This document shows, piece after piece, positions 1 through 6,507 of a stretch of 15,197 nucleotides of DNA (the stretch's first letter is position 1; every line of letters starts with the position of its first letter). Below the pieces are notes generated by a model that was not told the DNA's origin, did not search any database, and saw only the letters and a list, made by a program, of their open reading frames with translations. The position numbers and the translations under genes were made by a program. Location: positions 1-15,197 of the forward strand of contig JAPDJF010000025.1 in NCBI GenBank assembly GCA_029259185.1. Reading direction: 5' to 3'. The DNA is from Hadesarchaea archaeon. GTDB lineage: Archaea; Hadarchaeota; Hadarchaeia; Hadarchaeales; WYZ-LMO6.

Positions 1-127
1 CGACCACGTTGCGGCGCTCAACATCGCCGCTAGGGCCGCCGTCAACCGGCCTATTGTTCCGGGGTTTTTGGGACATTTCGGTTCCACCTCGGGGACAAGC
101 CCCTTCCTTTAGGGAGGGGTAGTTGAC
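1..127 (+). mobile_element. Right end of an IS200/IS605-family element
   Basis: Subterminal hairpin CCCCTTCC-TTTA-GGGAGGGG (100-119) preceded by ACAAG and followed by TAGTTGAC. Identity with the copy at 2112-2205 stops exactly after TTGAC, which defines the boundary. Confidence 0.85.
2..112 (+). CDS. tnpB: C-terminal fragment of IS200/IS605-family TnpB (RNA-guided nuclease), 5'-truncated by the window edge
   Basis: Frame 2 reads DHVAALNIAARAAVNRPIVPGFLGHFGSTSGTSPFL* (TAG 110-112). D-x-x-AA-x-NI is the TnpB RuvC-III motif, followed by the AAVNxPIV tail common in archaeal TnpBs. Confidence 0.9.
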   Translation, partial: DHVAALNIAARAAVNRPIVPGFLGHFGSTSGTSPFL

Positions 128-147
128 GAACTCTTACCATCTTCCAA
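34..147 (+). ncRNA. Putative TnpB omegaRNA (reRNA): 3' part of the scaffold plus flank-derived guide from 128
   Basis: TnpB omegaRNAs overlap the tnpB 3' end and right end (established). GTCAAC (41-46) can pair with GTTGAC (122-127). The 5' boundary and guide length are inferred. Confidence 0.6.
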
Positions 148-228
148 GTGCAAAAGCTCCGGCTTTGGACGGGATGGTATATTCGATGCGTCGATGCCGA
201 CAGTACGTAATCGATGAAATCTTGAGGT

Positions 229-675
229 TTAACCGAGAATCGAAACCGCCCCCAGAGTGGTCAACATCGTCAGCGCGTTAGCCGTTACTACTCCGCCGGA
301 GATCACCGCAAGGTGCCTTTTTTTCGTCATCCCTAGCATGAATGCTAGGAGCGTTCCGGTATACGCTCCGGTTCCTGGGAGGGGAGTTGCGGTGAACGTG
401 AAGAGGGCAGCTAGGTGCGTTTTCCTGATTTTTCTTCTCACAATTCGTCGGAAGAGGGAGTCGATCCATTTCCATCTCAGCCTCATTGGGGGAACGATGA
501 GTTTCAAGGATAGAAAGACGGCGGGGATGACAGCGAGATTCACACCCGTGCATGCGAGATAGGCGAAGAGGGGATTGATGTCCGTCACCAAGAGCGCGGT
601 CGGTAGTGCATATCTCCCCTCAAACGTTGGAACTGCGGATAGCAGGAGGATGAAGAGGAGTTCAGATCCGGGCAC
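229..675 (-). CDS. COG2426 / putative small multidrug export family membrane protein
   Basis: Hydrophobic 148 aa. PTFEGRYALP resembles the family PxxExRxAIP motif, and PLPGTGAYTGTLLA is present. Confidence 0.8.
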   Translation of the reverse strand: MPGSELLFILLLSAVPTFEGRYALPTALLVTDINPLFAYLACTGVNLAVIPAVFLSLKLIVPPMRLRWKWIDSLFRRIVRRKIRKTHLAALFTFTATPLPGTGAYTGTLLAFMLGMTKKRHLAVISGGVVTANALTMLTTLGAVSILG

Positions 676-688
676 TCAGTTCCCTTTC

Positions 689-1096
689 TCATAGTCTTCG
701 GTTTCTGAGCAAGATCCGCTGGTTTTGGAGGAATCTAACCATTCCTTCGATGTCCTTCACATCGCGACGAAGTAATCTCTTCAATTTTTCTCGGGGTTCT
801 AATAGGGGCTCCACTCCTAGTGGTTTCAAGTGTTTTGAGCAGAATTTGGCCAGCTCCTCTCCGGTTCGATCGAAATCCGTGAGCACGATCATCCGGGGGT
901 AACCCGAAAGGCTCTCAAGGAAGTTTAAGAGTTTCTTCCTCCCGTTCAGCTGGAAGATTTTCCCTTCTATCCCCAAGGCTGCTAGGGAGAGCCTGTCATG
1001 GACCCCTTCCACCAGAATTGGGGTCCCTTCCTCACACTCCCCCTTTATTTCGTTCAGGGTTTCCTCTATTTTTTCAACTTTTTTCTCCGAAATCAA
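689..1096 (-). CDS. Stand-alone Toprim domain protein (small primase-like / M5-like, COG1658)
   Basis: ILVEGVHD and LTDFDRTGEEL are the Toprim E and DxD motifs. Co-oriented with its neighbours. Confidence 0.85.
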   Translation of the reverse strand: MISEKKVEKIEETLNEIKGECEEGTPILVEGVHDRLSLAALGIEGKIFQLNGRKKLLNFLESLSGYPRMIVLTDFDRTGEELAKFCSKHLKPLGVEPLLEPREKLKRLLRRDVKDIEGMVRFLQNQRILLRNRRL

Positions 1097-1102
1097 TTTC
1101 GC

Positions 1103-1273
1103 TCACTCTTCCTTTTCACCAACCCACAATCCCTTGGAAAGACACTTTTTGCACGATCGTAGATCGGGAGAGAAACATCTAGAGCACACCATCGCACCAC
1201 ACACCTCACACCTGTGGAGCTCGATGGTATCCCTGTTGCAGATTGCACACGTTCCGGTTATCTTGGCCATCAT
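1103..1273 (-). CDS. Small 56-aa zinc-finger protein (four CxxC motifs), not in the ORF track
   Basis: Own translation: MMAKITGTCAICNRDTIELHRCEVCGAMVCSRCFSPDLRSCKKCLSKGLWVGEKEE*. It fills the gap between the PRT stop (1289) and the Toprim start (1096), with 15- and 6-bp spacings. Confidence 0.85.
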   Translation of the reverse strand: MMAKITGTCAICNRDTIELHRCEVCGAMVCSRCFSPDLRSCKKCLSKGLWVGEKEE

Positions 1274-1288
1274 AAACACTCGGTTTTC

Positions 1289-1870
1289 CTAATTAATATC
1301 GGTGAGCGTCCCATCCACGGCCGCTTGGTCGAACCCTAGCTCTAGGATGGCGCGCCTGATCTCCCCTATGTGTTTTCCCTCACCCCTCATCTTGGAAACG
1401 AGCTTCATGATAGTCTCCTTCACCTCCCAGGGATATACTATCCATTCCCCCGTTTCCTCAACGAAGAAATCTGGCTTGAGGACGCTCCAGGGTTTGTAAT
1501 GAATGGTTGCTATTTTGATCTCAAGCGCACCTCTTCCGCTTATGTGTTCTCTCACAGCCATCAGCGAATGTCCGGTATCCGAGACATCATCGGAGATCAA
1601 AACTTTCTTCCCTTTGACGTTCGCGTTTAGCGGATGGACCACCTCCGGTTTCTCCTCGGTTTTTCCGGGTTCCGTGTAATAGCGTACTTGGATGCACGCT
1701 AACTCCTGGATTTCCAGCTGATCGCACAGGATGCGAGCGATCGGAAAGCCCCCCCTACTCACGGCCACCACGAGGTCGGGGCGATATCCAGCTTTTTTTA
1801 TTTCGCTCGAGAGTTTCTCACCGAGCCTCTGGATATCCTGCCAACTCAAGTGAAGGAATTTTAACTTCAC
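1289..1870 (-). CDS. Type I phosphoribosyltransferase (purine/xanthine PRT-like, COG2236)
   Basis: VAVSRGG, PRPP-binding VLISDDVSDTGHS, and PDFF...WIVYPWE. GGTGA SD upstream of the GTG. Confidence 0.9.
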   Translation of the reverse strand: MKLKFLHLSWQDIQRLGEKLSSEIKKAGYRPDLVVAVSRGGFPIARILCDQLEIQELACIQVRYYTEPGKTEEKPEVVHPLNANVKGKKVLISDDVSDTGHSLMAVREHISGRGALEIKIATIHYKPWSVLKPDFFVEETGEWIVYPWEVKETIMKLVSKMRGEGKHIGEIRRAILELGFDQAAVDGTLTDIN

Positions 1871-1874
1871 CTCA

Positions 1875-2205
1875 TCACCGCCAAGGAGACCCCGTCCGAA
1901 AGGGCGGGGAGGAACTGCGGAGGATTTTTAGGTGAAAATGCGCGTGCGATATCTGAAAGGCAATCCCGCGGGGAGAAACGGCTTGGATGTGGGCCGGATG
2001 TCCGGAAGCCCGAATAGGGCTCCGGACCGAAGTGGGAAGAGGAGGTTCGGGCATCCTCTTCCTCTTCCCGGCGGGGAAGATCTCCAGAGTCGAGCAGGTT
2101 CGCTCTGGACTGGCCGCCGTCAACCGGCCCATTGTTCCGGGGTTTTTGGGACATTCGGTTCCACCTCAGGGACAAGTCCCTTCCTTTTGGGAAATGGTAG
2201 TTGAC
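1875..2205 (+). mobile_element. Non-autonomous IS200/IS605-derived miniature element (PATE/MITE-like) carrying an omegaRNA/right-end copy
   Basis: Left-end-type hairpin CCCCGTCC-GAAA-GGGCGGGG (1890-1909) followed by AGGA. 2112-2205 matches 34-127 with 6 substitutions and 2 single-base indels, ending in TAGTTGAC. No transposase. The left boundary is approximate. Confidence 0.75.
2112..2205 (+). repeat. 94-bp direct repeat of 34-127 (tnpB 3' tail / omegaRNA scaffold / right end)
   Basis: Manual alignment, about 92% identity. Confidence 0.95.
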
Positions 2206-2243
2206 ATCCAATCTCCGAATCCTGTCTAAAAAATGTTGAGAGA

Positions 2244-2783
2244 TCAGTACGGTCTGTCCTTGAATCCCAGCTTGTATCCCACGTAGTTAGTTCCCAAGTG
2301 GAGAAGGGGGGTGAGCACCATGAGCACGATCACAACCCCTGTGTCAAAAGATGCCAAAGCTCGGGAGAAAACCAGAGCTCCGACCACGAAGTCGAGCTGA
2401 TCGAGCACAGGGAAAGGGGATCCTCTTCTTAGACCCAGCCTCCTCTTGATGAAACTTCCCGAAAGGTCTCCGACCATCGCCCCGGAGGAAATCAAGAGAG
2501 AACCTAGAATTATCTCAAGACGTCCGGAGAAAAAAATGGGGAACACCGGCCGGACGAGTGGATCAGCCAACGCTTGGATCACTCCAACCAGCACCCCTGC
2601 TGAAACGCCGGTGAGAAATCCCCGAACAGTTTTTCCCGGTCCGAAGAGAGGGCGTCCGTCCACGAACTTCTTTCCCCCGTTCAGTGGTCTCCCCCCGCCG
2701 GTCACCACTGGGGTCATATTCGCAACATAGGCCGGGAGGACGAACCACACGGCACCGCAGATGAGCTCAATCGTTTGATGCAT
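2244..2783 (-). CDS. carS: CDP-archaeol synthase (CDP-2,3-bis-O-geranylgeranyl-sn-glycerol synthase)
   Basis: LPAYVANMTPV, DGRPLFGPGKTVRG, GDLSGSFIKRRLG, PVLDQLDF and the C-terminal KDRPY are CarS-typical. GGTGA SD upstream. Confidence 0.92.
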   Translation of the reverse strand: MHQTIELICGAVWFVLPAYVANMTPVVTGGGRPLNGGKKFVDGRPLFGPGKTVRGFLTGVSAGVLVGVIQALADPLVRPVFPIFFSGRLEIILGSLLISSGAMVGDLSGSFIKRRLGLRRGSPFPVLDQLDFVVGALVFSRALASFDTGVVIVLMVLTPLLHLGTNYVGYKLGFKDRPY

Positions 2784-2868
2784 CTAATTCACCAATGTAG
2801 CTCGCTTTCAAATTAACTCTACCGCCGGGAAGTCCCTCTTCCGCAAGGGGGGATGAGAGGTGGAGCGA

Positions 2869-2874
2869 TATATA
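2869..2874 (+). promoter_or_regulatory. Putative TATA box for a leaderless RHH-tnpB transcript
   Basis: TATATA about 23 nt upstream of ATG 2897, which is archaeal leaderless spacing. Confidence 0.45.
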
Positions 2875-2896
2875 GAGTTTGTAGTAGCCTATTGCG

Positions 2897-3028
2897 ATGA
2901 CGAAATACACCATCGCGGTTGAAGATAGGTTGGGGGAGGAATTCAAGCGGACCATAACGAAGGACAAGGCCATCAATGAAGCAATAGTGGAGCTGATAAA
3001 GAAAGAAGTGGGGCAAGCCCATGCTTAG
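2897..3028 (+). CDS. 43-aa ribbon-helix-helix (CopG/Arc-like) DNA-binding protein, not in the ORF track
   Basis: MTKYTIAVEDRLGEEFKRTITKDKAINEAIVELIKKEVGQAHA*: alternating beta pattern (YTIAV), then helix, then INEAIVELI helix. It overlaps the start of the tnpB stub. Confidence 0.7.
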   Translation: MTKYTIAVEDRLGEEFKRTITKDKAINEAIVELIKKEVGQAHA

Positions 3029-3077
3029 CCACAGGTTCCGCCTGTATCCGTCGAAGGTTCCCGAGGGTTCGAAGTGA
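3021..3077 (+). pseudogene. tnpB: tnpB N-terminal stub (18 codons)
   Basis: MLSHRFRLYPSKVPEGSK* matches the HTH_OrfB_IS605 start (x-Y/H-K/R-F-R-L-Y-P). The rest of the gene is absent. Confidence 0.75.
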
Positions 3078-3275
3078 AGCTCGGTGTCCACGTTGTGGTT
3101 CCGAAGCCCACCCAGACCCAGTTAGGAGCATCTTTCTTCATAGCGTTCGAGACTTCGGATCAGTTGACGACGCATGGATGCACGTATGCGTGGAGTTGAG
3201 TGTGAACACTTGATGTTTGCGTGTTGGACTCGGGGAAAAGAGGTTACAAGTTCCGAATAGAATCGGATTATCAGG

Positions 3276-3299
3276 TTGTACATAAATTCCCTTGTTTGC
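3276..3299 (+). repeat. Imperfect 24-bp direct repeat of 6526-6549
   Basis: TTGTACATAAATTCCCTTGTTTGC vs TTGCACATAAATTCCTTAGTTTGC, 21/24 identical. Confidence 0.8.
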
Positions 3300-3323
3300 C
3301 GGCCTTTGGCCTTGGCCGTAATA

Positions 3324-3330
3324 TTTATAG
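3324..3330 (+). promoter_or_regulatory. Putative TATA box of the HemN-like radical SAM gene
   Basis: TTTATAG about 24 nt before ATG 3354, consistent with leaderless mRNA. Confidence 0.5.
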
Positions 3331-3353
3331 TTAGAAAATAATACCGATTTTGC

Positions 3354-4691
3354 ATGTTACTTGATAGAAACGGTTTCGGTTTCTGGAGCTTGATGGCAAA
3401 AAGAGCTTTTAAAGCCACGTTTACTAGGCCTAGTTCACCCGATAGCAAGATCAAGGATACGCTTAAGGAAAGTGAAGTGGCCTTGTACATTCACATCCCC
3501 TTTTGCAAGAGCAAGTGCCTTTACTGCCCATACGTGAGTTTCACGCGGAGGGAAAAACTCGTCTCAAAGTATATTGAGGCCCTCAAGGCTGAAATTCGAA
3601 TGTACGGAGATTTACTTAGAGAGTCGGGCGTAAAAATTACGGATATCCACGCGGGCGGGGGGACGCCGAGCCTTCTCAGCGGCTCGGACTTCCATGGGAT
3701 ATTGGACACCATTGCTGAGAGTTTTGACTCGGATCAGAAGATAGCGATTGAGGCAAATCCAGACGACCTGAAAGATGAGGGCAAAGTATCAGGCTTGGTG
3801 GACTCGGGCGTCTCCGAGGTGAGCCTGGGCGTGCAGTCGTTCAACAGGAAGACGCTGAAGAAGCTTGGAAGGACCCACACAGAAGTAGAGTCCATCGCCA
3901 GCATTGAAAACCTACGTGCTGCGGGAATCGATCATCTTAATGCCGACATGATGTACATGGTGCCGGGTCAAACGTTGGAGGAATGGGTCGATGATCTCAG
4001 GATGGCCGCTGAGCAGGATATCGATGAAATCACTTGTTATCCAACTTTGATCACTTCTCACTGCATCGGTTATAAGATGATTCGAAGTAGAAGGACAGAA
4101 CCACAGCCGGATAAGAGCATCTTCAGAAAAATGGTATACGAGACCTTCGGCACGCTAGAGCCTGCAGGCTATGAGTCAGTCGAGATCTATGGGTTCTGCA
4201 GGGAGGATGGATGGAAATACGCGACCGTCAACTACGAGATGGAAGGTCCCTTATTGGGATTTGGTTGCGGCGCCACGGGATTTACGGGAGGATACGAGTA
4301 CCAGAATGTATGCTTGCCAGAGGAGTACATACGCTCGATAAGGAAAGGCGATTTCCCGATAGCCGGTAGCCGATTCGTAGATATCAAGGAGCGTGCGATT
4401 CGGTATACCACCTGTAGACTTTTTGTTTGCAAAGAACTCGACTTAAACGGTTTTAAGAGGAAGTTCGGTGAGGATTTTGGAGGGCTTCTTGGTAAAACTG
4501 GTTTCGGCAGGGCACTTAGGCTTTTGAGGTTAATCGGTATCACTAAAAAAGAAGGCCAACGAATCAAGCTGACTAGAAAAGGGCTGTTTACCGCACACCA
4601 GATTTGTTGGGCTTTTGTTTTGAACGTCCCGTGCAGGATATGTGAAGAATTTTTAAAGAATCCGTGGCCATCTAAAGTCATCATTCCCTAG
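3354..4691 (+). CDS. HemN-like (class C) radical SAM protein, coproporphyrinogen III oxidase family
   Basis: LYIHIPFCKSKCLYCPY (CxxxCxxC), GGGTPS, EANP, SLGVQSF, LGRTH, PGQT. Confidence 0.9.
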   Translation: MLLDRNGFGFWSLMAKRAFKATFTRPSSPDSKIKDTLKESEVALYIHIPFCKSKCLYCPYVSFTRREKLVSKYIEALKAEIRMYGDLLRESGVKITDIHAGGGTPSLLSGSDFHGILDTIAESFDSDQKIAIEANPDDLKDEGKVSGLVDSGVSEVSLGVQSFNRKTLKKLGRTHTEVESIASIENLRAAGIDHLNADMMYMVPGQTLEEWVDDLRMAAEQDIDEITCYPTLITSHCIGYKMIRSRRTEPQPDKSIFRKMVYETFGTLEPAGYESVEIYGFCREDGWKYATVNYEMEGPLLGFGCGATGFTGGYEYQNVCLPEEYIRSIRKGDFPIAGSRFVDIKERAIRYTTCRLFVCKELDLNGFKRKFGEDFGGLLGKTGFGRALRLLRLIGITKKEGQRIKLTRKGLFTAHQICWAFVLNVPCRICEEFLKNPWPSKVIIP

Positions 4692-4820
4692 ACAACACGA
4701 GTTTCGAATTGCACCACCTCGGGCTTAGCTAAAAGAAGTCCCTAATACGCAACAGAACCTAGATCTCCTTCGAAATTTTGACTTCGCCGAGATTTTTGAA
4801 AGAGCCTTTCATTCGCTTTA

Positions 4821-6428
4821 TCAATCTAAGATTTCTTCGATTTTATCTAGTTCTATATCCTCGATTAACGGTATTCCTGTGACTTTAGCGGCTCTCACGC
4901 TAAGCGAGGCTAAGTCTTCTCTGCTTAATAGGTTCAGCTTCCACTTCCTAGCTCCAGCCATTAGCTGTTGTAGTCCTACGCCTATTCTTTCGTTTAGGTA
5001 CGTGTAAAGCCCGACGGCTTCCCACGGAATCTTCTTGAAGTCCTCTCCATACATTCTCCTAAGCTTAGGTGCTGCTATGAAGAACTTTTCTGGTGTAGAG
5101 CCATACTCTTGTGAAAAAGCTTTCGGAAGCCTCCCGGATCTAGCGAGCTCCGTGAAGTAGGAGGCCTTCATGATGGCTGTGAGCGGTGCCCTAGCCATAA
5201 CTATAGCTTTAACGTACGGGCCTTCACCGAAGTTGCTCATCGCGATAGCCTTGAAGATCTGGGTTTCGTTTATGAACCCGCCAGCCATGATGATGTCCGG
5301 GACATGTCTGCCTTTCTTCCTAAGCATCTCACAGCATTTAAGGACTAGGGCTTCGAGGTGAACCGTCGGGATACCCATCTCGTTCATCATCGGTACAGGG
5401 CTCATACCCGTTCCTCCTCCAGCCCCGTCGAAGACTATGGCGTCTACCCCAGCTTCTGAGGCAACCTTCAACGTGAAGGCGACTGAAGCTGGCTTGTACG
5501 CACCAGTCTTTATGGTAACCTTCTTTGCTCCATGTTCTCTAAGCCGATCCACATCCTCGATGAAGCTCCTGAACTCGGGTGTACCGACTCTGCTATGTCT
5601 CTCGAAGCTATTGAAGACACCGCTTTTGAATGCTTCTTGGACGCTTGAGTCTTCAGGGTCTGGTATGATAAGGTATCCACGCCTCTTCAGCATAATGGCT
5701 CTCTCTAGATCCCTTATTCTGGTTTCTCCTCCGATAGCCTTTGCACCCTGCCCCCATTTACGTTCGATCACGTTTACTTCCAGTTTCGAGAGTACGTATT
5801 CGTCTACGCCCATACGCTGGTCTTCGACGTTCGTCTGGACGATGATGTCTCCATGCTTTCCATCCCAGAACTCCCTGTACTTTATTACCCTGCGCTCCAT
5901 CTCCCCAGAGTATGTGACTTTACCATCAGTAAATTTGGATTCAGGATCCATTCCACACACGTTCTCGCCTATCACGACAGATACTCCAGAGATGGCTGAA
6001 CCTATTGCTAAGCCGTCCCAGTAGCGTCTAGCTATCTCGGTCGACCCGAAAGCACCGTTTATGATCGGAAGCTTCTGCGGGATACCCATAACCTTAGTGG
6101 TTATGTCGACATTCGGGAATAACGCAACATCCGAATCCGCCTCTATCCCTTCTACCTTAAGCACATCTGATAGTATGTTTAAGTGGGACCAGTCTAAATG
6201 ATAGTCTTTAAGCGAAGCCGCCGTGCTTTCTCCATAGTACGTTGAGAGGGGGTACAGCGCCTCCCTACCCCTAAAAGCTGAGAGGCCGATCTCACAGAGA
6301 AACAAGCAATCCCTGATGCATATTGGGCACATACCGCTCGTCGGGCTAACATCCTTAACCCTCGTGAGAGTACCGGTCGTCGAGATACAGTTCAGATAGG
6401 AGGAATTCTTCTGAACCCTCTCACTCAT
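4821..6428 (-). CDS. Stand-alone FMN-binding glutamate synthase family protein (GltB domain 2-like)
   Basis: KWGQGAKAIGGE, DGAGGGTGMSP, IIMAGG and an N-terminal CPICIRDCLFLC. ATG 6428 is preferred over GTG 6437 because an AGGGTG SD lies 6 nt upstream of it. Confidence 0.88.
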   Translation of the reverse strand: MSERVQKNSSYLNCISTTGTLTRVKDVSPTSGMCPICIRDCLFLCEIGLSAFRGREALYPLSTYYGESTAASLKDYHLDWSHLNILSDVLKVEGIEADSDVALFPNVDITTKVMGIPQKLPIINGAFGSTEIARRYWDGLAIGSAISGVSVVIGENVCGMDPESKFTDGKVTYSGEMERRVIKYREFWDGKHGDIIVQTNVEDQRMGVDEYVLSKLEVNVIERKWGQGAKAIGGETRIRDLERAIMLKRRGYLIIPDPEDSSVQEAFKSGVFNSFERHSRVGTPEFRSFIEDVDRLREHGAKKVTIKTGAYKPASVAFTLKVASEAGVDAIVFDGAGGGTGMSPVPMMNEMGIPTVHLEALVLKCCEMLRKKGRHVPDIIMAGGFINETQIFKAIAMSNFGEGPYVKAIVMARAPLTAIMKASYFTELARSGRLPKAFSQEYGSTPEKFFIAAPKLRRMYGEDFKKIPWEAVGLYTYLNERIGVGLQQLMAGARKWKLNLLSREDLASLSVRAAKVTGIPLIEDIELDKIEEILD

Positions 6429-6481
6429 ACCAAACACCCTCTAGGACATAGGCGGCCACTGTGACAATCTCAGGAAATTAG

Positions 6482-6496
6482 TTATAAACTTTACGG
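6482..6496 (-). promoter_or_regulatory. Putative BRE/TATA of the glutamate-synthase-family gene
   Basis: The minus strand reads CCGTAAAG-TTTATAA about 55 nt upstream of the start. Confidence 0.5.
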
Positions 6497-6507
6497 GTTA
6501 TGGGGCT

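Larger units (their letters stand above)
2815..3115 (+). mobile_element. Internally deleted IS605/IS1341-type remnant: left-end hairpin, RHH gene, tnpB stub, partial right end
   Basis: Hairpin TCCCTCTT-CCGC-AAGGGGGG (2833-2852) followed by ATGA. TnpB N-terminal FRLYP motif. GAAGCCCC (3103-3110) is typical of the base of IS605 end hairpins. Boundaries are approximate. Confidence 0.7.

Noticed and set aside
1938-2204. GLDVG and EDL in the mini-element ORF read as RuvC-I/II of a miniature TnpB
   Set aside because: Surrounding residues are G/R/P-rich products of the hairpins, with no hydrophobic strands. Likely coincidence.
34-2205. Two repeats with different downstream sequences read as a CRISPR array
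   Set aside because: Only two copies, 94 bp long and 2 kb apart, with no cas genes. Explained as IS right ends.
1867-2229. Other ORFs over the mini-element (1867-2211, 1875-2132, 1987-2229)
   Set aside because: Low-complexity shadows of GC-rich palindromic DNA.
2767-3091. Minus-strand ORFs 2767-2976 and 2819-3091
   Set aside because: Antisense to the better-supported RHH and tnpB stub; no motifs.
3162-3168. AGTTGAC as the right terminus of the RHH element
   Set aside because: About 50 nt from GAAGCCCC with no canonical subterminal hairpin; could be chance.
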